A DNA stretch of 64,000 nt from positions 512,001 through 576,000 of the forward strand of contig CAWKDB010000002.1 of NCBI GenBank assembly GCA_963848295.1, read 5' to 3'. Positions 8,526 through 18,469 of the stretch are shown here, piece by piece (positions within the stretch are counted from its first letter, which is position 1; every line of letters begins with the position of its first letter). The translations under genes and the position numbers were made by a program. The DNA comes from an uncultured delta proteobacterium (lineage in GTDB: Bacteria > Myxococcota_A > Polyangia > Haliangiales > Haliangiaceae). The notes beneath the pieces were generated by a model. The model had not been told where the DNA came from and did not search any database. It was given only the letters and a program-made list of their open reading frames with translations.

Positions 8526-11123
8526 TCACCCGCTTTCAGAACCGTAAACCGCGGTCGCGAGCCGGCGATCCAGCGCGCGATGCAGCGCGGCATGTTCCGG
8601 TCGGACCAGGTCGGGGTCCGCGACCAGCACCGCGTCGGCGTGGCGTCGGGCCTCGAGCAGCAGCTCGGTGTGCTGCGCGAGGCTGCCAAACCGCAGCCGC
8701 GGCACGCCGGCCTGGCGAGGTCCGAGCAACTCACCCGGACCGCGCAGGGCGAGATCCTGCTCGGCGATCTGAAAGCCATCGGAGGTCGCGACCAGCGCAT
8801 CGAGCCGGAACCGGCCGTCCTCGCTGACCGCGCCCTGCGCGAGCAGCACGCAATGCGCGACCCCGCCGCCGCGCCCGACCCGACCGCGCAGCTGATGGAG
8901 CTGAGCGAGCCCGAACCGCTCCGCATCGTGGACCACCATCACGGTCGCTGCCGGAACGTCGACGCCGACCTCGATCACCGTCGTCGCGACGAGCACGTCG
9001 AGCGCGCCGGCCTTGAACGCGCGCATCGCGCGATCGCGTTCGTCGCCTGCCATCCGGCCATGGACGAGGCCGACCCGAAGCGCAGGCATCGCTTGCGCGA
9101 GCTCGCGCGCGACCGAGGTCGCGTCCTTCCAGTGCTTGCTGTCGGTCTCGCCGGTATCATCGACTTTCGGGCAGACCACATAGGCGCGCTCGCCCGCCGC
9201 GACGCGCTCCGCGATCAGCTTGTACGCCTGCGCTTGGCCGCGCGCGCCGGTGCGCACGTGGGTCTTGGCCGGCTGGCGCCCGGGCGGTAGCTCGTCGACC
9301 ACCGACGCATCGAGATCGCCGAATGCGGTGAGCGCGAGCGTGCGCGGGATCGGCGTCGCGGTCATCACGAGCAAGTGCGGCGCGCCCTGCCCGTCTATTG
9401 ACCCGGGCCGCCCTTCGGCGGCGCTGCCGTCGCGGGGCGAGCCCGCGACGTCGTATTTATCTCTTAGCCTCGTGCGCTGCGCCACGCCGAAGCGATGTTG
9501 CTCGTCGATCACGACGAGCCCGAGCGCGGCGAAGCCGACGCCCTCGGACAGGAGCGCATGGGTCCCGATCAACACATCGAGCTGGCCGGCGGCGAGCAGC
9601 GACAGCATCGACTGGCGGACGGCCTTCGGCGTCGAGCCGGTCAGCACGTCGATCCGCAGCTCCGCGGACTTCGCCCACGCGCGCCAGGTGTCGGCGTGTT
9701 GCTCGGCGAGTAGCTCGGTAGGCGCCATGATCGCGGTCTGGCGGCCGGCGCGCGCGACTTGGAGCGCCGCGGCGAACGCGACCGCGGTCTTGCCCGAGCC
9801 GACGTCGCCTTGCAGCAGGCGATTCATCGGCACTGGCTGATCGAGATCGCCTGCGATCTCGGCGATCACGCGACGCTGCGCGCCGGTCAGCGCGAACGGC
9901 AACGCGCGATCGATCGCGTCGTCGAGCTTTGGCGTGCGCTTGCACGGCACCGCGACATCGGCCTTGCGTGTTCGCCGGCGCAACGCGACCGCGACACCGA
10001 GCGCGAACAGCTCGCCGAACGCGAGCCGGCGCTGCCAGCGACTGTCGCCGCGGTTCATCGCCGCGAGCTCGTCCGCCGCGATATCGGCAGGCGGCGAGTG
10101 GAGGTGCGCGAGCGCCGCACCGAGCGCGGGCAGCCCGGCCGCGCGCTCGACCGCCGCGGGCACGCCATCGTCGGCGAGCGCGCCGATCCGCTCGCACGCG
10201 ACGCGACACGCCGCGCGCAACCGCGACCCCGGTACGCCCGGGATATCGGGATAGCGCGCGAGGATCGCCGGCGCGGGCTTGGCTGCCGCGTCGCTGTCGG
10301 GCACGACGATCGCGAGGATGTCGGGGTTCGCGAATTCCAGCCGGCCGCTGCGCCGCCGCACCGCGCCGCTGAGCGTGACGTCACTGCCCGGCGGCATCCG
10401 CTTGTCGATGCCGGCCCACACGTTGAACCAGCGGACGAGCGCCGAGTCGGTTCGATCGATCGGCTGTCCGGCGGAGCAAGGACGGCCGACTCCCTGCGAC
10501 GAGGTGCCCCCGGCACGGGGCGCGGAGCTCGGCACGTTCGGCGCACCGAGCGCGAACGCGGGTGGCGAGAGATCGACATCGTCGAGCCGGACCTCGGCCC
10601 ACCGCCGGCCGCGCGCGAAGATCATCCGCGCCGACGCGACCTTGCCGCGAAACGTCGCGCGCTGGCCATCTTCGAGCTGGGCGAGCGCGGCGAGCGGCAC
10701 CGCGTCGCGGACGTCGTCGTAGCGGCGCGGCAAGCACCACAGCAGATCTTCGACGGTCTCCAAGCCGCGTTCGGCGAGGTTCGCCGCGAACGCCGGCCCG
10801 ATGCCGGGCAGCGAGTGAGTCGGCGCGGCGAGCGGATCGTCGCTCGCGATAGCGGGCAAAGCCTTCGCGCGTGGAAACCGGGCGAGCAGCCGCATGCCGC
10901 GCGCGACCTCGATCTGCAGCTGCTCGACCGCGAGCCGCTCCCAGTCGGCGAGCTTCTCGCGCCACGCGACGAGCGCATCGGTCGGCGCCTTCGCGATCAC
11001 GCCATCGCACGCGGCGCGCAGCACACGGCCATCGGCGTCGCGGATCCGCGCGAAGCCATTGTCGTACGCCGCCTTCAGCGGCGCGAACAACGCGTCGACG
11101 CGTCGAGCCAGCTCGGCGTCCAT
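8526..11123 (-). CDS. recG: ATP-dependent DNA helicase RecG (two in-frame insertions)
   Basis: MNRLLQGDVGSGKT, APTELLAEQH, DEQHRFG, MTATPIPRTL, QLHQLRGRVGRG, DLALRGPGE. Start at ATG 11123 or TTG 11129. Confidence 0.96.
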   Translation of the reverse strand: MDAELARRVDALFAPLKAAYDNGFARIRDADGRVLRAACDGVIAKAPTDALVAWREKLADWERLAVEQLQIEVARGMRLLARFPRAKALPAIASDDPLAAPTHSLPGIGPAFAANLAERGLETVEDLLWCLPRRYDDVRDAVPLAALAQLEDGQRATFRGKVASARMIFARGRRWAEVRLDDVDLSPPAFALGAPNVPSSAPRAGGTSSQGVGRPCSAGQPIDRTDSALVRWFNVWAGIDKRMPPGSDVTLSGAVRRRSGRLEFANPDILAIVVPDSDAAAKPAPAILARYPDIPGVPGSRLRAACRVACERIGALADDGVPAAVERAAGLPALGAALAHLHSPPADIAADELAAMNRGDSRWQRRLAFGELFALGVAVALRRRTRKADVAVPCKRTPKLDDAIDRALPFALTGAQRRVIAEIAGDLDQPVPMNRLLQGDVGSGKTAVAFAAALQVARAGRQTAIMAPTELLAEQHADTWRAWAKSAELRIDVLTGSTPKAVRQSMLSLLAAGQLDVLIGTHALLSEGVGFAALGLVVIDEQHRFGVAQRTRLRDKYDVAGSPRDGSAAEGRPGSIDGQGAPHLLVMTATPIPRTLALTAFGDLDASVVDELPPGRQPAKTHVRTGARGQAQAYKLIAERVAAGERAYVVCPKVDDTGETDSKHWKDATSVARELAQAMPALRVGLVHGRMAGDERDRAMRAFKAGALDVLVATTVIEVGVDVPAATVMVVHDAERFGLAQLHQLRGRVGRGGGVAHCVLLAQGAVSEDGRFRLDALVATSDGFQIAEQDLALRGPGELLGPRQAGVPRLRFGSLAQHTELLLEARRHADAVLVADPDLVRPEHAALHRALDRRLATAVYGSESG
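9393..9455. repeat. 63-nt in-frame hairpin insertion in recG (copy of an intragenic repeat family)
   Basis: 9407-9429 is the exact reverse complement of 39941-39963 (23 nt). Two hairpins. Adds YDVAGSPRDGSAAEGRPGSID between helicase motifs II and III. Confidence 0.8.
10452..10576. repeat. About 120-nt multi-hairpin in-frame insertion in the recG wedge domain
   Basis: Bounded by TCGATC...GATCGA; internal stem ATCGGCTGTCC/GGACGGCCGAC; encodes about 40 aa of non-RecG-like sequence. Confidence 0.55.
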
Positions 11124-11208
11124 CGCCAACGTTGTAGCAGGCGCGCCTGACGGTCAGTGGCTGTTCGCGCCGGCGCGATCTCTCAGGCGAGCCCGATCCC
11201 GAGGAGCG

Positions 11209-12093
11209 TCACCACTGGCCCACTTCGGCCATCAACAACACCATCCAGCTGCGCTGGACGTGGCCATCGAAGTACGCCAGCTGTCCTCGAACCTCCGAGC
11301 CGAGCGACCAGTCGTGGCCCTTAAGGATTGGCGCTCCGAGAGCGAGGCTCGCCATCGGCGACAGCGCCGATTGATCGGTCGATTGGGTCGGACTGACCCA
11401 CGTCACGCGATCGCGGTCGTCGACGCCGAGGAGCGCCGTGATGTAGAGCGCGCTCATGTCGTAGAACGGCGCGGGGACCGGGAGGTACCTGACGCCGGAC
11501 GTGGGCTGCGGCCTCGGGTCGGACGGAGTCCACCGAATGCCCGCCCCCAACGCGACGTGATCCTCGGAGGTGTCCGTCGGAAATGGTGAGATGTACGACT
11601 GCGAGAACAGAGAGCTGAGCTCCTCGACGACGTGAAAGCGATGGGCCAGACGCTGGCCGAATTGCAACCTGAAGCTGTAGCCATACGTCGGAGGGACATT
11701 GCCGATTCGACTCACCCCGCCGGTCCCGAACGCGACGTTCAGGAACTTGCGAGCCGCTGTCTCGCGTCGCACGCGCGGCGCGACGACGGTCGGCACGATC
11801 GCCGCGACGACGGGCTCCGATGGCGTGGCGTCGGGTGCTGGTGTCGAGAGTGCTGGTGTCGAGAGTGCTGGTGTCGACGCGTCGGGTGCTGGTGTCGACG
11901 CGCCGGCTGCTGGTGTCGACGCGCCGGCTGCTGGTGTCGACGCGCCGGCTGCTGGTGTCGACGCGCCGGCTGCCGTTGTCGGAGCGTCGGGCGCTGGAGA
12001 CGTGGCGTCAGGCGGCGGCGGGGTCTGCGCGTGCGCAGCGCGCAGCGACAACAATCCGACCGCGATCACCACCACGCCCACGCCCAACTTCAT
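11209..12093 (-). CDS. Exported protein, Pro/Ala/Ser/Thr repeat linker plus probable outer-membrane beta-barrel
   Basis: Signal peptide ending AAHA; PAAGAST repeats; amphipathic strands; terminal Trp. Confidence 0.75.
   Translation of the reverse strand: MKLGVGVVVIAVGLLSLRAAHAQTPPPPDATSPAPDAPTTAAGASTPAAGASTPAAGASTPAAGASTPAPDASTPALSTPALSTPAPDATPSEPVVAAIVPTVVAPRVRRETAARKFLNVAFGTGGVSRIGNVPPTYGYSFRLQFGQRLAHRFHVVEELSSLFSQSYISPFPTDTSEDHVALGAGIRWTPSDPRPQPTSGVRYLPVPAPFYDMSALYITALLGVDDRDRVTWVSPTQSTDQSALSPMASLALGAPILKGHDWSLGSEVRGQLAYFDGHVQRSWMVLLMAEVGQW
11837..11970. repeat. Coding tandem repeat (15- and 21-bp units sharing TGCTGGTGTCGA)
   Basis: Seven copies of the core visible; encodes PAAGAST/PALST. 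Confidence 0.9.
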
Positions 12094-12122
12094 CCAGTCA
12101 CGATAACCCGAACGCCACCGCC

Positions 12123-12153
12123 GCGTCAGCGCAGCTCCGCGCTGCGGTGACGC
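12123..12153. terminator. Intergenic stem-loop (possible terminator)
   Basis: GCGTCAGCGCAGC-5nt-GCTGCGGTGACGC, 12/13 paired, 40 nt after stop 12194; no U-tract. Confidence 0.45.
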
Positions 12154-12193
12154 TCGGCACGGCCGGCGGCAAAGCCGTTCTCGCTCGAACGAC

Positions 12194-14221
12194 TCAGTTG
12201 AACGAGCAATCGACGAGCTGGCCCGCGCTGCCGTCGCCGCCGGGGTTGATGATCGAGTAGCCGCCCGGACCGCCGCCGCCGCCACCGCCACCGGAGATCA
12301 TGTTGACGTCGTGCGTGCAGTAGTTCGGCGTGCCGATGCCCGAGGTGTAGACGCCGAAGCTAGAGCCACCGCAGCCACCGCCACCACCTGCGCCATCGCC
12401 GCCGTTGCCGCCATCGCCGCCGCGACCCGCGACGTCGGTGCAGAACACGACGGGCACGCCGGTCGTTCCGCCCCCCGCGCCGAGCCCACCGGTGCCGCCG
12501 CTGCCCGCGGCGCCACCTGGACCGCCGCCGCCGCCGGTGCCGCGCAACAACTGATTGCCCTGCACGACCGGCGCCGCGGTTCCGACGATGAAGATATCGA
12601 ACGCGCCGCCGCCCGGTCCGGCCGCGCCGCCGCCGGCGCCGCCGCAACCACCCGAGCCGCCGCCGCCGCCGTGTCCGCCGAGCGTGTCCTTGCCGGTGCC
12701 GTCGGTGCAGGTCGTGTGGCCGTGGCCGTCGGATTCGCACTTGCCGCCGCCGCCCGCGCCGCCGCCGCCACCGCCGCCGCCGTTGCCGCCGCTGGTTCCG
12801 GCCGGCGCGGCGCCGCCGACCCAATCGCCGCCGACGATCGAGCCCGACGATGCGGTGCAGCCGGCAACCCCGGCAGCGTGTGCGCCATCTCCCCCGTTAT
12901 TGCCGTCGAGCCCGAACGTCTGGCTCGGCGGGATGTAGCAAATGTAGCCACCGTAGAAGCTCGCGTAGATCTGGATCATGTCGGTGCCGGGAGCCGCGCC
13001 GACACCCGCCGTACCGCCGAGCGCGCCGCCACCGCTCATACCGGTCGCACCGGCGAGAGGGGTGTAGTTGCTCCAGTGGAAGTTCGTCGTCGCGGTCAAG
13101 CAGCCGTAGTTGGGATCGTACGTGTCGCAGTAGCTCATCACCGGGCACTGGTTGCCGCCGCCTTCGCCGCCGGACACGGTGTCCGCGCCGCACGTCTGAA
13201 CGCCGCCGTTCGCGTGTTGGCGATTGTTCGTCGTCGCGCACTCGCCCGTGCCGGTCGCCGCCTCGGCGTCGTAGCTGGCGTCGGCGACCGCGAGGTTCGG
13301 GTTGCGGCCGCTGCCGCCGACTCCGTTCGAGCCGTTGCCGCCGATCGAGCCTTCGACACCGGGACCGCCGACGCCGCCGAACACGATGTTGTTGACGATG
13401 CTCAACGTCGTGCCCGAGCCACTCGCGTAGATCGCGTACGAGTTGCCGCCTGGCTTTTCGTTCGCCGAGCCGTAGATCACGAAACCCTCGAGCTTCGTCG
13501 CCGACGTGATGTTCGACGCGATCACGGTCCGATCGTGATTGCCCGCCGACGACACGCCGGCGATCGTCGTGGTCGTCGCGACGACGTCGCGTTGCCACGT
13601 CATCGGATCGTAGCCGCCGAGCAGATCGATGCCGTTCTGCAACGTGACCGGCTCGTCGTACAGACCGTTCGCGACGAGCACGCGCGCCGCGCCGGCCGAG
13701 GTCGCGCGCGCGAGGCCTTGCGCGATCGACTTGCACGGATGGTTGCCGCTTCCCGTACCGGCCGGGCCGATGCCGCACGTGGCATCGTCGGCCGCCATCG
13801 TGTCGACGGTGGACACGTAGATGCCGGTGAGATCGACCTCGAGCTCGCAGCCGTCCGCGAGATCGCCGTCGAAGTCGAAGAACCCCGGATTGCACGCGAG
13901 CTCGCACGTCGGCGCGCCCGTCGTATTGCACGTGCCGGTCGCGTTCGGCAGGCTGCCGTAGAGTGCGACGCAATTATTCGAGCAGCCGCCGCACGCCATG
14001 TCGGTGTCGTAGACGCCGTTGTGTTGGAACCCATTATCGACGACACCGTCGCAATCGTCGTCGATGCCGTTGCAGATCTCGGTCGTCGGGATGCAACCGT
14101 CGATCAACTCCGCATCGACGGCCGCGTCTGTGCCAGCGTCGGTGGGCCGGCTCGGAGAGGCAGCGCCGCACGCGGTGAGCGCGCAGGCGAAGACCGCGGG
14201 GATGAGCTTGGTGGTTCGCAT
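12194..14221 (-). CDS. Gly-rich (PE-PGRS-like) surface lipoprotein with EICNGIDDDCDG motif and DUF1565/beta-helix-like domain
   Basis: Lipobox LTAC; IYVS...PCKSIAQGL...VLVANGLY...LLGGY; long Gly runs. Paralog of 14230-16101. Confidence 0.82.
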   Translation of the reverse strand: MRTTKLIPAVFACALTACGAASPSRPTDAGTDAAVDAELIDGCIPTTEICNGIDDDCDGVVDNGFQHNGVYDTDMACGGCSNNCVALYGSLPNATGTCNTTGAPTCELACNPGFFDFDGDLADGCELEVDLTGIYVSTVDTMAADDATCGIGPAGTGSGNHPCKSIAQGLARATSAGAARVLVANGLYDEPVTLQNGIDLLGGYDPMTWQRDVVATTTTIAGVSSAGNHDRTVIASNITSATKLEGFVIYGSANEKPGGNSYAIYASGSGTTLSIVNNIVFGGVGGPGVEGSIGGNGSNGVGGSGRNPNLAVADASYDAEAATGTGECATTNNRQHANGGVQTCGADTVSGGEGGGNQCPVMSYCDTYDPNYGCLTATTNFHWSNYTPLAGATGMSGGGALGGTAGVGAAPGTDMIQIYASFYGGYICYIPPSQTFGLDGNNGGDGAHAAGVAGCTASSGSIVGGDWVGGAAPAGTSGGNGGGGGGGGAGGGGKCESDGHGHTTCTDGTGKDTLGGHGGGGGSGGCGGAGGGAAGPGGGAFDIFIVGTAAPVVQGNQLLRGTGGGGGPGGAAGSGGTGGLGAGGGTTGVPVVFCTDVAGRGGDGGNGGDGAGGGGGCGGSSFGVYTSGIGTPNYCTHDVNMISGGGGGGGGPGGYSIINPGGDGSAGQLVDCSFN

Positions 14222-14229
14222 GATCGTCT

Positions 14230-16101
14230 CTAGTTGAGAGAGCACGTTTCGAACAGACCGGCGGTGCCGTTGCCGCCGGAGCTGCCACCGGAGAAGCCGC
14301 CGGATCCGGCGATCGCGGCCTCGCCGCCGGTGAACGTGTTGGTCGCGGCGGCGCAGTAGTTCGGCGTGCCGAGCCCCGACGTATAGATGCCGACGCTGAT
14401 CCCGCCGCATCCACCGCCGCCGCCGCTGCCCGCGCCGCCGTTGCCGCCATCGCCGCCGCGTCCGCCTTTGCCGGTGCAGAACAGCGCTCCGGTTTGACCG
14501 CCGCCGCCGCCGATGCCGCCGAGCCCACCAGCGCCGCCAATGCCGCCCTCGCCGCCGGTGCCGCCGACTCCGATCTGGATCGTGTTGCCGGTCACGACCG
14601 GTTGCGCGCTGCCGACGATGAAGACCCCGAACGCACCGCCGCCGGCGCCACCGCCGCCGCCGCCGGTGCCACCGCAACCCGCGGTCGCGCCGCCCCCGCC
14701 GTGACCGCCGAACATGTCGGCGGTGCACGTGCCTTGGCCGAGATCGCAATGCGCACCGCCGCCGGCCGCGCCACCACCGCCACCGCCACCGTTCCCGCCG
14801 ATCACGCCGGTCGGTGCGACCGCGCCGATCCAGTCGCCGCCGACGATCGCTCCGGCCGGCGCGGCACAACCCGCAACCCCGGACCCGCCGGCGCCATTGC
14901 CGCCATCCTTGCCGTCGGCGCCGGCCTGCGGAAGCTGCGTCGCGCCGTTGACCGGGACAAAACACGTGTTCGCGTCGAGCTCCGCGTCGTAACCGCGCAC
15001 GCCCGCGGCGCCGGCCGCTCCGCCACCAGCTCCGCCGCCAGCGTTACCGGCCGCGGCCGGGAACGTCGCCGTGCTGTTCTGTGTCGATCGCGAAGGCGAG
15101 CAGTTGTTGCCACCGCCGTTGCCGCCGCCGACCGACGTTCCCCCGCAGCTCTTGCTCGCACCGCCCGATGCGGTGCGATTCGCCGCTGCGTTGCACTGTC
15201 CGCCGCCGGTCGCGCTGATCGAATCGAGTGCGGTCGTGTACGCGGTGCCGTCCGTGCCCGGCGAGCCGTTGTCACCTGCGCCGCCGCGCGTGCCCGGGCC
15301 ACCGCGACCCGCGAAGATCTGGTTGTTGCGAATCGTGAGATTAGCAGTCGAGCCGGTGACGTAGACCGCATACGAGTTTCCGCCGACTTGCGCGTTATCC
15401 GAGCCACGCACGATAAACCCTTCGAACAAGGTCGGCGTCATGATCGCGTTCGCGATCACGGTACGATCGTGAACGCCCGTGGTCGCAACGCCTTGAATCA
15501 CCGTGTCGGTGGTCGCGAGGTGACGATGCCACGTGTCGCCGTGATAGCCGCCGAGCAGCGAGACCCCGTCGACAAGGGTCACCGCTTCGTCGTACGTACC
15601 GTCGGCGACGAGTACCTGGGTTCGCCCCGCAGCCGCGACGCGAGTGAGCCCCTGGGTAATCGTCTTGCACGGATAGTTGCCCATTCCCGATCCGGTCGGT
15701 CCGAGCCCGCAGCCGGCATCGTCGATCGCGTTCGTGTCGGCGGCCGACACGTAGATGCCGTCCGTATTGATCTGGAACTCGCACCCGTCGGCGAGTAGGC
15801 CGTCGAGATCGTAGTAGCCCGCCGTGCACGTCGCTTGGCAAGTTGGAGCGCTGTTCGTGTTGCAGGTGCCCGTCGCGTTCGCGAGCACCAGCGCCGTACA
15901 GTCGATGTTGCAGCCGCCGCACTGCGTGTCGGTGTTGTACACGCCGCTTTGTGGACACGTCGTGTCGGGCACCCCGGCGTCGACGACGCGTGGAGCGTCG
16001 TGCTGCGGTACCGCCGCGTCGGCGCGCTCGCTCGCCGTCGAGCACGCCGCCAGAATGACGATCGCGAGCAACCCCCAGGTCGTGCGCACGGCCGGGACCA
16101 T
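14230..16101 (-). CDS. Gly-rich surface lipoprotein, tandem paralog
   Basis: Lipobox LAAC; PCKTITQGL, VLVADGTY, LLGGY, GGNSYAVY, YTSGLGTPNYC shared with the neighbour. Confidence 0.82.
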   Translation of the reverse strand: MVPAVRTTWGLLAIVILAACSTASERADAAVPQHDAPRVVDAGVPDTTCPQSGVYNTDTQCGGCNIDCTALVLANATGTCNTNSAPTCQATCTAGYYDLDGLLADGCEFQINTDGIYVSAADTNAIDDAGCGLGPTGSGMGNYPCKTITQGLTRVAAAGRTQVLVADGTYDEAVTLVDGVSLLGGYHGDTWHRHLATTDTVIQGVATTGVHDRTVIANAIMTPTLFEGFIVRGSDNAQVGGNSYAVYVTGSTANLTIRNNQIFAGRGGPGTRGGAGDNGSPGTDGTAYTTALDSISATGGGQCNAAANRTASGGASKSCGGTSVGGGNGGGNNCSPSRSTQNSTATFPAAAGNAGGGAGGGAAGAAGVRGYDAELDANTCFVPVNGATQLPQAGADGKDGGNGAGGSGVAGCAAPAGAIVGGDWIGAVAPTGVIGGNGGGGGGGAAGGGAHCDLGQGTCTADMFGGHGGGGATAGCGGTGGGGGGAGGGAFGVFIVGSAQPVVTGNTIQIGVGGTGGEGGIGGAGGLGGIGGGGGQTGALFCTGKGGRGGDGGNGGAGSGGGGGCGGISVGIYTSGLGTPNYCAAATNTFTGGEAAIAGSGGFSGGSSGGNGTAGLFETCSLN

Positions 16102-16217
16102 AACCTAAACGTCGCCACCTGCGGGGCGCAGGTGCTTCGGCGCGATGGATCCGGGCTCGGGCAATCCCTCCGGCATTGCCTGTTGCCCGTCGCCTGTTGA
16201 TCGATTGATCGATTCGC

Positions 16218-17003
<786 letters not shown>

Positions 17004-17107
17004 TGGCGCGAATGACTCCTGCGTACGGTTGGCCTTATCGGCCCCGCTTTCTCTCCCGGTCGCCTTCAACCTTACACTATCGCCCCACCGGGCGCGACAA
17101 ACACCGC

Positions 17108-18415
17108 TTACTTCCCAGCACCTAGCTGGGCGGCGAGCTCCTTCGCCCGCTCTCCCAAGGTCGGGTCCGCCTTGCGGTCTTTGGGGGCGACCCCGCTCTG
17201 ATCCCCCCAAAAACCGTCGAGCTTTTCGGGGGCGTGTGCGAGCGCGAGCAGCTTCGGCGCGTCCCCGGCCGACTTCAGCCTGGCCAGGGCCTCGATCGCG
17301 ATCCAGCGCTGGACCCGGCCTTTGTCGCCGAGCAGCTCGCGGACCTGGGCGAGCGCCACGTCGCGTGGGGTGGCGGCGACGATCGCGTTGATCACCGAGC
17401 CCCCGAGCGAGCTCTGGTCGTAGCTGCCCTCGGGCAACGCCCGCACGACCTCGGCGATCGACTTGGCGCCGCCGCACTGGATCGCGTTGGTCGCCACGAC
17501 GTAGCGATAGCGAGCGCTACCGTGGGGCTGCGGGATCATGTCGACGAGCGGCGGCAGGCACTGCGGCGGACCGACCGCGCGAATCAGCGAGATCGCGTCG
17601 TTCGCGATCGCGCCCGACATCGAGTCGTCCTTGGCGATCGAGACGAGCGTGTCGAGGTTCGGGACCAGCGGCGCGGGCTCGGCGACGTCGAACAGCCCCT
17701 GCGGATCGACGTAGGCCCGTGCGAGCGCCGCGAGGACGCGACCCGGCAGCGAGTCATCGCCGCGGCTCATCCGAACCAGCGCGAGCTCGTCCTTGATCGC
17801 GGTCGGATCCTGCGTCGCGGCCAGCGCGATCAGCAGCTCGTCGCCGACTCGGTTCTTGACCTTCTCTTGACCGGGTGCCGCGATCACGCCGTCCAACACC
17901 CCGATCATCTTCTTGCCGGCCGGTACGCCGATCATCCGCATCACGGTCGAGCCGGTGAACTGGCCGGCGTTCGCGCGGCCCTCGTAGGACGGGACGGCGT
18001 ACCAGTCGATCATGTAGTCGTCGATCTGCTTGCGCTCGGCATCGCCGCCGTACTTGCGGATCATCACGAGCGCGTCCTTCGCGCTGACCTGCGGCGGCCC
18101 GGGCAGCTTCATGTCGCCGTCGACGCGAGCGATCGCCCACAACCGGGTGATCAGCTTGCCGACGACCTCGGCCTTGCGCCCCTTGCCCATCTGCTCGAGC
18201 ACGGCCTTGACGTCGGCCTCGCGGCCCATCCGCACGAGGTTCACCGCCGCGTGCGCCGAGACATCGGGGTCGAGCGAGTCGTCGGCGACCGTGTGTTGCA
18301 GCTTGCCCGGACCGCGTTCGGTCCGCATCCATCTGTCGAGGTTGTCGTCGGTCGGCTTCTCCGAGCAGCTGGTTGCAGCGGAGACGAGCACGGCGATCAC
18401 GATGAGGCGGTGCAT
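17108..18415 (-). CDS. HEAT/ARM-repeat-like lipoprotein
   Basis: Signal peptide with ATSC; helical repeats such as QRWIAIEALARL. Confidence 0.75.
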   Translation of the reverse strand: MHRLIVIAVLVSAATSCSEKPTDDNLDRWMRTERGPGKLQHTVADDSLDPDVSAHAAVNLVRMGREADVKAVLEQMGKGRKAEVVGKLITRLWAIARVDGDMKLPGPPQVSAKDALVMIRKYGGDAERKQIDDYMIDWYAVPSYEGRANAGQFTGSTVMRMIGVPAGKKMIGVLDGVIAAPGQEKVKNRVGDELLIALAATQDPTAIKDELALVRMSRGDDSLPGRVLAALARAYVDPQGLFDVAEPAPLVPNLDTLVSIAKDDSMSGAIANDAISLIRAVGPPQCLPPLVDMIPQPHGSARYRYVVATNAIQCGGAKSIAEVVRALPEGSYDQSSLGGSVINAIVAATPRDVALAQVRELLGDKGRVQRWIAIEALARLKSAGDAPKLLALAHAPEKLDGFWGDQSGVAPKDRKADPTLGERAKELAAQLGAGK

Positions 18416-18469
18416 ACGGAGCGCAGCCTATCACCCGCGCCGCGCGAACGTGGTGATACGTTCCGCGCG

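Noticed and set aside
11837..11970. 21-bp direct repeats as iterons or CRISPR
   Set aside because: In-frame PAAGAST linker inside a CDS.
12194..14965. ORF-track N-terminal extensions (also at 17234, 26099, 30407, 31447, 40421-42601, 57678-59444)
   Set aside because: They overlap neighbouring real genes; internal starts with signal peptides or translational coupling fit better.
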